DNA from: an uncultured Bacteroides sp.
GTDB lineage: Bacteria; Bacteroidota; Bacteroidia; Bacteroidales; Bacteroidaceae
DNA length: 64,000 nt
NCBI GenBank assembly: GCA_944320865.1
Contig: CALUJC010000007.1
Location: forward strand, 17,560 to 81,559
Direction: 5' to 3'
The translations under genes and the position numbers were made by a program. Below the pieces are notes generated by a model. It worked only from the letters and a program-made list of their open reading frames with translations, had not been told where the DNA came from and made no database searches. Shown in pieces: positions 25,911 to 33,129 of the stretch (position 1 is the stretch's first letter; every line of letters starts with the position of its first letter).

Positions 25911-27050
25911 ATGCAGAAACCAACGATATTAAATCCTTTCGTGGTGGGACGATATGTGTCCGAACATTATTTCTGCGACCGGGAAAAAGAAACGGAATTC
26001 TTGGTCAAGCAGGTGGAGAACGGGCGGAATGTAGCACTTATTTCTCCACGGCGCATGGGGAAAACCGGACTGATTTGGCATTGTTTCAGTCAGCCCCGCT
26101 TCAGAGACAATTTCCATACTTTCTTTGTGGACATTTACTCCACCACTTCCTTGGCAGAATTTGTTTACTTATTGGGAAAATCCATTTACGAAGAATTAAA
26201 GCCCAAGAGGCAGGATTGGGCGGAACGTTTTTTCCAAATCATTCGCTCTTTGCGCGTGGGCTTTAAGCTGGATGCTGTCACAGGTGAGCCCGGTCTCGAC
26301 ATCGGTTTAGGCGATATACAGGTGCCGGAAACCACACTCGATGAAATCTTTACTTATCTGGAGGATGCCGATAGACCTTGCTTGGTTGCCATCGATGAGT
26401 TCCAGCAAATCAGTTCGTATGAAGAAAAAAACGTGGAAGCCCTGTTGCGCACCCATATCCAGCAGTGCAAGCATACGCAATTCATTTTCTCCGGGAGCAA
26501 ACGGCATTTGATGAGCAACATGTTCAACTCTTCTTCCAAGCCTTTTTACCAAAGTGCCATCAGCATGAGCCTGGCGCCTATACCGCTGGAGGCCTATGTC
26601 GCCTTCGCTTCCGGGTTGTTTGAAGAACGGGGCAAGCATGTGGAGCCGGGTTTGGTGGAGGCTGTATACCAACGTTTCGAGGGGTGCACCTGGTTTATGC
26701 AAATGTTTATGAATGAGCTGTTTGCCTTGACTGCCCCCGGTGCACTGTGCGGCATAGACAAATTGGAAACTGCCATGACCAATGTTATCCGTGCGCAAGA
26801 AGAAAGTTACAAGGATTTGCTTTCCCATCTTGCCCCCAAGCAAAAAATGGTGCTTCAAGCCATCGCGAAAGAAGGGAAAGCTGCGGGCATCACTTCGGCT
26901 GCTTTTATCAAGAAATACAATCTTCCTTCAGCCAGTTCTGTGCAGTCGGCCGTCAAGCCTTTATTGAGGAATGATTGGGTCACGCACGACGGCGAGGCCT
27001 ACCGGGTGTATGACTACTTTTTTGCCGAATGGCTGAAGATAGAATACTGA
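25911..27050 (+). CDS. AAA+ ATP-binding protein (archaeal-ATPase/DUF234-like family)
   Basis: N-terminal FVGRYVSEHYFCDREKETEFL. Walker A is SPRRMGKTGL. Walker B is LVAIDEFQ. The C-terminus looks winged-helix-like. Confidence 0.7.
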   Translation: MQKPTILNPFVVGRYVSEHYFCDREKETEFLVKQVENGRNVALISPRRMGKTGLIWHCFSQPRFRDNFHTFFVDIYSTTSLAEFVYLLGKSIYEELKPKRQDWAERFFQIIRSLRVGFKLDAVTGEPGLDIGLGDIQVPETTLDEIFTYLEDADRPCLVAIDEFQQISSYEEKNVEALLRTHIQQCKHTQFIFSGSKRHLMSNMFNSSSKPFYQSAISMSLAPIPLEAYVAFASGLFEERGKHVEPGLVEAVYQRFEGCTWFMQMFMNELFALTAPGALCGIDKLETAMTNVIRAQEESYKDLLSHLAPKQKMVLQAIAKEGKAAGITSAAFIKKYNLPSASSVQSAVKPLLRNDWVTHDGEAYRVYDYFFAEWLKIEY

Positions 27051-27070
27051 AACTCGTCTTTTTTATCAAT

Positions 27071-27179
27071 CCTTACATCCCCTCCGTCTACCCCCTTCGC
27101 ACCCGAGTCGTACCCCATTCGGTACTCCTTCGAATGTGCTTCGGCCCTATGGAACGGAAAAATAGCGGACATGGACAGG
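27071..27179 (+). repeat. 109-nt dispersed element, copy A
   Basis: It closely matches the reverse complement of 43012..43120. For example, gtcgtaccccattcggtactccttcgaatgtgcttcggccctatggaacggaaaaa aligns with gtcgtaccccattcggtactccttcggatgcgcttcagccctatggagcggaaaaa. Confidence 0.8.
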
Positions 27180-27255
27180 CGAAAAACAGGCGGGAGAGCG
27201 GGCAATCCGGGAAAATGCTTATCTTCGCAGCCGGATAAGCTTGAACCGGATATAC

Positions 27256-29007
27256 ATGAAACAAACTGCTGCCTCACTCTGCACCCTGTTGCTGCTCTGC
27301 CTGTGCTTCGTGGCTTGCAGGCAGGCGCCTTACCCTGCTTTACTCCTGCAGGCCGACTCGCTGCTGCGGACGGGGCCGGACAGTGCCATGGCCTTGCTGC
27401 GGCAGGCCGCCCCGCTGATGGCGCAGGAGCCCGAGGCCACCCGCATGTACTACCGCCTGCTCTGCGTGAAGGCGGCGGACAAGGCCTACGTGGTCCACAC
27501 CTCGGACAGCCTCATCCGCCCCGCCATAGCTTACTACGAGGAGCACCGGGACAGGCGGCACCTGCCAGAGGCTTACTACTACGGCGGCCGCGTGTATCGC
27601 GACCTGGGCGACGCGCCGCAGGCGCTGGACTATTTGCAGCGGGCCTCGGATATTCTGCCTGAGGGGGAGGGCGACATGCTGAAAAGCAAAATCTACAGCC
27701 AGATGGCCATGCTTTTCCTCTATCAGCACATGTATGATGAAGCGTTGGATATTCTTCGCAAAGCCCATGCGCACAATGTGGCGACCGGTAACGTCAGGAG
27801 CCGTATTTTCAATTTGCGGGATATGGCGGACGCTTTTCGTGGAATCAATCAGATGGATAGTGCTTTATGCTACTTTCAAAAGTCTTACGACCTAGCTTGC
27901 GATAACAGCATGGTTGACCTGGCCAACATGGTTCAGAGCCAAATAGCAAGTATGTATGACTTGCTGGGCGAGTACGATAAGGCGCGAGAGGCTCTGCAGC
28001 AGGCATTTAAGTATAAGCACAAAGCAGGGCAAAGTGCTATCTATTCTATTGCCGCAGATATTTATCTGCATTGCGGGCAAGTGGATTCTGCCTTGTATTA
28101 TAATACCCGCTTGTTGGATATGGGTAACGTCTATGGTAAAAGGGCCGCTTATATGGATTTGGCACAGATGGCTATGGAAAACAACGACGCCAAGAAGGCT
28201 TTGGAATATCTGCATGATTATGCACTTTATACGGATTCTGTTGAGCAGATGACGGATATGGAGACTGTCAGAAGAATGCATGCATTGTATAATTATCAGC
28301 TACGTGAAAAGGAAAATGCCCGGTTAAAGGCTGCCAATCGACAGAAGCAGACATTGATTAATTATATGCTCGTTGCCGGTTTGGTTTTGTTCTCATTGTT
28401 GTTTGCCTACCTGCAATATAGCCGTAGGAAGAGAATGGAGCTACAGATTCAATTAGAGAAAGCCGAACGCCTCAAAAATGAATTGTATAGGCAAAGCGAA
28501 AGCTACATTAAAGAGAATAATGCTAAAATAACCCGGCTGGAAGAACAGTTGCGGGAAAGTGATGCTTCTTTGCAGAAACAGCTGGAAGCACAAAGAGAAG
28601 CGATGCTTTACGAAAACAGGCAGGCTTATATGGCTTTAGAGAAACAAAAGCAGGTGTCGGCAGCTATTAACGACTCGGGTATACGGAAAGACATTTTGGT
28701 CAAATTGAATACTTGCGATAGTTGTAAGAAGGTATTGACCGTGACTGATTGGCGCGCCATAGAGCAGGAGATTGAGCAAATTTCATCGGGCTTTAAAATA
28801 AGGTTATACAATCTATGCAGTAAACTTAGCGAAAACGAGTATCATATCTGTCTGCTGATAAAACTTGGATTTCAGCCTACAGAAATAGCCAAGCTGACCT
28901 TGCACAGCAAAGAAAGCATTACTTCTACCCGGCGCCGTTTGTATGAAAAAGTATTTGGCAGCAAGGGTAGCCCGAAGGATTGGGACGAGGTGATTTATGC
29001 TCTTTGA
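27256..29007 (+). CDS. Transmembrane one-component regulator: lipoprotein-type signal, TPR sensor region, TM helix, coiled coil, LuxR-like HTH
   Basis: Start re-set to the ATG at 27256 (the ORF-track start is a TTG). The lipobox is LCFVAC and TPR-like repeats follow. A TM segment LINYMLVAGLVLFSLLFAYLQY is followed by RRKR. A long heptad coiled coil runs MELQIQLEKAERLKNEL... The C-terminus is SENEYHICLLIKLGFQPTEIAKLTLHSKESITSTRRRLYEKV. Confidence 0.75.
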   Translation: MKQTAASLCTLLLLCLCFVACRQAPYPALLLQADSLLRTGPDSAMALLRQAAPLMAQEPEATRMYYRLLCVKAADKAYVVHTSDSLIRPAIAYYEEHRDRRHLPEAYYYGGRVYRDLGDAPQALDYLQRASDILPEGEGDMLKSKIYSQMAMLFLYQHMYDEALDILRKAHAHNVATGNVRSRIFNLRDMADAFRGINQMDSALCYFQKSYDLACDNSMVDLANMVQSQIASMYDLLGEYDKAREALQQAFKYKHKAGQSAIYSIAADIYLHCGQVDSALYYNTRLLDMGNVYGKRAAYMDLAQMAMENNDAKKALEYLHDYALYTDSVEQMTDMETVRRMHALYNYQLREKENARLKAANRQKQTLINYMLVAGLVLFSLLFAYLQYSRRKRMELQIQLEKAERLKNELYRQSESYIKENNAKITRLEEQLRESDASLQKQLEAQREAMLYENRQAYMALEKQKQVSAAINDSGIRKDILVKLNTCDSCKKVLTVTDWRAIEQEIEQISSGFKIRLYNLCSKLSENEYHICLLIKLGFQPTEIAKLTLHSKESITSTRRRLYEKVFGSKGSPKDWDEVIYAL

Positions 29008-29120
29008 CGGAAAGGATAACTTTCCGGATAATCTTCCTATTGCGGCTTTTATTATTTTAGCTTGTAATCTTAATAAGTCTTTGTTGTACAACGCATAATG
29101 TGCAATGACAAGGGGCACCT

Positions 29121-29169
29121 GCACATTTGTTTGCACACTCCTTAGGCAAAAGCACACGATTTTGCACAC
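29121..29169 (+). promoter_or_regulatory. Candidate operator: four GCACA(C/T) boxes in two 12-bp-spaced pairs
   Basis: gcaca starts at 29121, 29133, 29152 and 29164. tttgcacac occurs twice, 31 bp apart (29130 and 29161), just upstream of the -7 box of the toxin operon. Confidence 0.35.
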
Positions 29170-29201
29170 TTCATTTGCAGGATAAAGGACCTGTAAAAGC
29201 A

Positions 29202-29209
29202 TATTTTTG
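29202..29209 (+). promoter_or_regulatory. -7 box TAnnTTTG upstream of the DUF3244-like/MACPF operon
   Basis: tatttttg, 34 nt upstream of the ATG at 29243. Confidence 0.45.
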
Positions 29210-29242
29210 CAGCAATCAAAGTTGAACTTAAATTATAAAATT

Positions 29243-29626
29243 ATGAAGTTGTTTATTTGCTGCATCCTAACTGTATTTTGTATGAATCTGTATGCCAGTG
29301 ATAGTAGAAAAAACATTTGGCTATCGTGTTCATATTACAATGATTATGATAAACTGAGAAGTACAGATGACCGTTCTTTCGTTACAGAGCTTTCAGCCTG
29401 TTATGACAGCAACACTATTTATTTGTATTCAGAGAAGGCTTTCCACGAGGTGCACATCGTGGTTACAGACGCCAGTGGCTCCATGCTTTGTGAGGAATAT
29501 ACTTCTTTAGTTTCGGGGGCAGAACACTCCTTGTTTATTGGTGATATTGCTGTCGGTGAGTACCAGTTGATTATTGATACAGAGATAGGCCGGTATCAAG
29601 GCTCTTTTCAAATAGCTAATGAGTAA
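29243..29626 (+). CDS. Small secreted beta-sandwich protein, DUF3244-like
   Basis: Start re-set to MKLFICCILTVFCMNLYA (signal peptide). The pattern TIYLYSEKAFHEVHIVVTDASGSMLCEEY...GEYQLIIDTEIGRYQGSFQI resembles Bacteroidales DUF3244 proteins. Confidence 0.55.
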   Translation: MKLFICCILTVFCMNLYASDSRKNIWLSCSYYNDYDKLRSTDDRSFVTELSACYDSNTIYLYSEKAFHEVHIVVTDASGSMLCEEYTSLVSGAEHSLFIGDIAVGEYQLIIDTEIGRYQGSFQIANE

Positions 29627-29667
29627 ATAAGTATCACTAAATATTAAACTTAAAACCGTAAAGTAAC

Positions 29668-30956
29668 ATGAAAACAAGAAATTTATGCCTTAGCATGGCA
29701 GTAGGGCTGTTGTTTTGCCTATCAGCCTGTACTGAGAATGAATTCGATTTGCCCACAGAAGTTCAGCCGGAACAACTTCTGGCTACAAGGGCATTGGAAG
29801 CGGATACGTTGAAGCGGATTCTATTGTGCTTTTCCAGGTAGACCCGGATACGCTTCCTCCCCGAATTCAGACACTGGCAAGTACAAACTATGTGCCTTAT
29901 CTTAGTGATAACCTGTTTGCCATCAGGAATATGCCGATACGTATCTCTACTCAAGAGAGTACACCTAATTATTTGACATTTAGTGCCCAAGGGGAAGCTG
30001 TTGTGCCTAAAGCCAAAAATGATAAGGATGATGAAAAACAACGGTTTTATATAGAAGTATTGCCTGCTACAGCGGGTATTCCTTATGTAATTCGAACATG
30101 GAATGGCGGTTATCCGCTTGCCGTAGGGCAATATAGCAATAACCCGGAGCATAAACTGCTATATGCAGCCCCCACTACTACGGCAACTTTGCCGGCTGCT
30201 GCTTGGGAAATTTATGCATCTTCTACTTCAGGTTATCTTACGGTAGAAAGCCCGGCATTGATGGAAATGGGCAGTAGCGGGAGTTGGATGGACTATTATT
30301 ATTGCGTGTGGGAACATCAAGGCGCAGGTAATGAAGTAACTTTCAGCAAATATACGCAGAAGGATGGGCAGGAGTTCGCTTTTACGCCTGTGGATGAAGT
30401 TGAGATAGAAGATATTCAATTTTTTAATAATTATGCATCCTCTGTTACGCAGAAGAATGATGCTACAATAGAAGAGACTTATACGAATTATAGTCATTCA
30501 GATGAACCTTATGACATGCCGTTTGAAAAAGATTTTACTGAAAGCTATAACTTCAACGAGTTTAAGGGTGTCAATTTTGAGTATTCCAATCCTTCTATAT
30601 CTGTTCTAAGGCCTTCTGTGTCGCAAGGTACTTTACTGCTTCCTTCAAATGTGAATGATTCCATATTTGTCACTTATAGCGGTAAAAGTGCTATAAATCA
30701 TATTTCGAATGAGGTGCAATTAGATGTTCCTGCAAGAACTCGATTGACTTTAACTTATCATGTTCATGTTTATGAGGTGAAGGCTTATTATGAAGCTACC
30801 CTTAAAATTTCGTATGCAGATGAAGAAAGACGGACTAAAGTTGCCGGAATCTGGGAAGGTACTGTCTATGTAGACGAAGTAGTAAATACTGATCATGATT
30901 ATAGATATACGAATATAGATACAGGTGTTATTTCCGGCAAACCAAGATTACGTTAA
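29668..30956 (+). pseudogene. Frameshifted lipoprotein gene (lectin-like N-terminal half, beta-rich C-terminal half)
   Basis: The ATG at 29668 opens a lipoprotein signal (MKTRNLCLSMAVGLLFCLSAC-TENEFD) that stops at 29839..29841. The 376-codon body (ORF 29826..30956) is in the -1 frame, which is open from 29742. Both frames are therefore open over 29742..29838, so a 1-nt deletion or 2-nt insertion lies there. Confidence 0.6.
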
Positions 30957-30971
30957 TAAAAAATAGAAGCA

Positions 30972-32609
30972 ATGAAAAGAACAATTATAAGTTTATTGTC
31001 AGGCATGTTGCTGTTTGCGGCATGCACAAATGAAATGACCGGTCCTCAGGCTGGCATTGAATCTGGAACTCAGAAAGAAGTAGTGTTGCAGGAAAGAGCA
31101 TCTTATCTGCCTACGGAATGGACAGTGAAAAAGAATAGCAAACCGGCTACGCGCAGCGTACAGTCGGTAGAAGAGTATATCGGGCGATCGTATGACATTG
31201 GAAATACCATATTAGGTGATCCTGATAATGTCCGACTGCCGGTATTGGATTATGAGAAAATCAAGTCGAGAGTAATTAGTGATTTTGCAGGAACAACTGA
31301 AATCGCTTCATATGCGTATGCTGATTATGACCGATATGAGGAGAATGTGCTTGAAACAAAGGAAATAAGTTCTGGCTTTTCTATCAATTTGCTCATTTTT
31401 AAATTTGGAAGAGAAAAGAAAACGACAGAGACTTTTAAGACGCAAACTATTGATGAAAATAGGCAAGTGTTTGGAGAAGTGGACGTGGAGGTACGTGACC
31501 AAGCTTATCAAATATCAACGACATCGGCTACACTTAAGAATTTGGCTGCCAATGCGCTTTCAGAAGATTTCAAGTTCGACCTGTATTTTGCCCCGATGGT
31601 AGAGGTTTTAAATAATTATGGTCCATTTGTTATTACCGGCTATTATTCTGGTGGAAGGGCTACAGCTATGTATTATGGCTACAGTTCAGAAAATACTACC
31701 GCTGAGAATAGAGAAAAAGATTTGTCTAAAGATATTAATGCGTCTTTTGCATGGGGGAGCCAAAAGAAAGATTCACTGAAATCTGTAGGATTGGATTTTG
31801 GCTTTGGAACTGATAATGGTAATAGCGAGGCTTATGAACGGTCGTTGGAAGAGGTTTATATGCAAGTGAAAACACAAGGAGGCAATAAGAATTTACAATG
31901 CAATACAAATGCAGGTGAAGTAGGTACTATGAGTGTAGATCTGTCTAGTTGGTTAAGTTCGTTAGACGATAAGAGTACGCATACTTTAATTGGCATTCGG
32001 GATGGCGGGCTTACCGGATTGAATTCTTTTATGTTGGAAGAAAATTTTAAACGCAGGATGCAAGATACACATTTGGGACACTTAAATGTGGATGCATTCT
32101 TGGAGCCTTATATTGAGATAGGCAGGGTGTATGTACGTGCCACATCTTCCGGCGAAAAGCTGTATAAGATTGCCCCTATACTGAACACAAGACAGGGTGA
32201 TAAAATTGTGCTAAATAATGATGAAGATGCACAGTTTACTGACGAAGAGTTGAGGAAAAATAACGATAATGATTACTTCATGACTCAAAGTCAGGCTATT
32301 GCTGCGGAGAAAGGGCAGTATTATAAATGTGCCATCACGGCCAATCCTAATCTTAGGGTAATGCCTTTGCTTAGAGTACCACTTTGCATTGAACTTGGTG
32401 AGATTGATGAGAGTCGGATGTGCAAGTTCTTCAATGAAGAAAACAATATGTGGTACATTTACGACCCGGTAGCACTTACTGCTTATTCTTTCTATTTAGA
32501 CGACTTTGTCTTAGATATGTATGGCATGAGGGAGTGGGTAGAAAGTCTGCCTACAAAGAGTATTTCCATGGTGAACTTGTATATGCGTTATACCATAATC
32601 GGGTTGTAA
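30972..32609 (+). CDS. MACPF-domain lipoprotein (BSAP-like candidate pore-forming toxin)
   Basis: Lipobox is LLFAAC-TNE. MACPF-type signature ...FAPMVEVLNNYGPFVITGYYSGGRA fits [YW]-G-x-x-[FYV]-x6-G-G. Length is 545 aa. The gene starts 15 nt after the previous one. Confidence 0.65.
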   Translation: MKRTIISLLSGMLLFAACTNEMTGPQAGIESGTQKEVVLQERASYLPTEWTVKKNSKPATRSVQSVEEYIGRSYDIGNTILGDPDNVRLPVLDYEKIKSRVISDFAGTTEIASYAYADYDRYEENVLETKEISSGFSINLLIFKFGREKKTTETFKTQTIDENRQVFGEVDVEVRDQAYQISTTSATLKNLAANALSEDFKFDLYFAPMVEVLNNYGPFVITGYYSGGRATAMYYGYSSENTTAENREKDLSKDINASFAWGSQKKDSLKSVGLDFGFGTDNGNSEAYERSLEEVYMQVKTQGGNKNLQCNTNAGEVGTMSVDLSSWLSSLDDKSTHTLIGIRDGGLTGLNSFMLEENFKRRMQDTHLGHLNVDAFLEPYIEIGRVYVRATSSGEKLYKIAPILNTRQGDKIVLNNDEDAQFTDEELRKNNDNDYFMTQSQAIAAEKGQYYKCAITANPNLRVMPLLRVPLCIELGEIDESRMCKFFNEENNMWYIYDPVALTAYSFYLDDFVLDMYGMREWVESLPTKSISMVNLYMRYTIIGL

Positions 32610-32610
32610 T

Positions 32611-33033
32611 ATGAAAGGAAATATAAGAAGTATAAGGACATGGCTTATCGCTGTGCTCTGCTTTATAGCTGTTAGTGGGTGCAGTGACGACCACGATGAC
32701 ACTTCTGCCCAACAGTTGAGTACGGAGTTCCTGAAGCAAACAGTATGGAAAGGGGAACGCATCCGTTATGACAACGGGGTGGAATATGAGCGGAATAGCA
32801 TCAGCATTCTGTTTGCTACCGATAGCCGAGGCAGTTGTGAGGAATGGGATGCTTCCGGGGGTGAAACGGGATACTATTTCTCGTACACTGTGGATGGCAA
32901 CTTGCTGACAATAGATGGCGGTGGCATAGAAGGTTGGTGGCTGCTCATGGAGCTGTCAGAAGACAGGATGGTGCTTGCCTCCGATTTGGAGGAACGGATT
33001 TCAGAGAAACTGGTTTTGGATAGGTTCTATTGA
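32611..33033 (+). CDS. Small lipoprotein, lipocalin-like (candidate immunity/accessory protein)
   Basis: Lipobox is AVSGC-SDDHDD, a strong acidic export signal. The ATG lies 1 nt after the MACPF stop (taatatg). A W..ER...LxL pattern (GWWLLMELSEDRMVL) resembles lipocalin-like domains. Confidence 0.5.
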   Translation: MKGNIRSIRTWLIAVLCFIAVSGCSDDHDDTSAQQLSTEFLKQTVWKGERIRYDNGVEYERNSISILFATDSRGSCEEWDASGGETGYYFSYTVDGNLLTIDGGGIEGWWLLMELSEDRMVLASDLEERISEKLVLDRFY

Positions 33034-33075
33034 ATCTGCTTTATTGAGGCATCCTTGTCATTGCAATTTCAAGAC

Positions 33076-33115
33076 TGCTGCCGGTATCCCTCCCTGGGGT
33101 ATCGGCAGCATTTTT
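33076..33115 (+). terminator. Rho-independent terminator closing the toxin operon
   Basis: Stem tgctgccg / cggcagca with a 19-nt loop, followed by ttttt. Confidence 0.55.
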
Positions 33116-33129
33116 AGCAGGCAGCGCGT

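Noticed and set aside
29008-29026. Hairpin cggaaag-gataa-ctttccg as terminator of the regulator gene
   Set aside because: The stem is only 7 bp and no T-tract follows. It is too weak to report as a feature.
29763-30152. 129-aa ORF on the - strand
   Set aside because: It is antisense to the lectin-like lipoprotein body in AT-rich DNA and has no motif or signal.
25000-33100. The AT-rich block as an integrative mobile element (ICE, prophage or transposon)
   Set aside because: No integrase, transposase, relaxase or phage gene lies within or beside it, and no flanking direct repeats or tRNA target were found. The evidence favours acquisition by homologous recombination, with a breakpoint inside the regulator gene.
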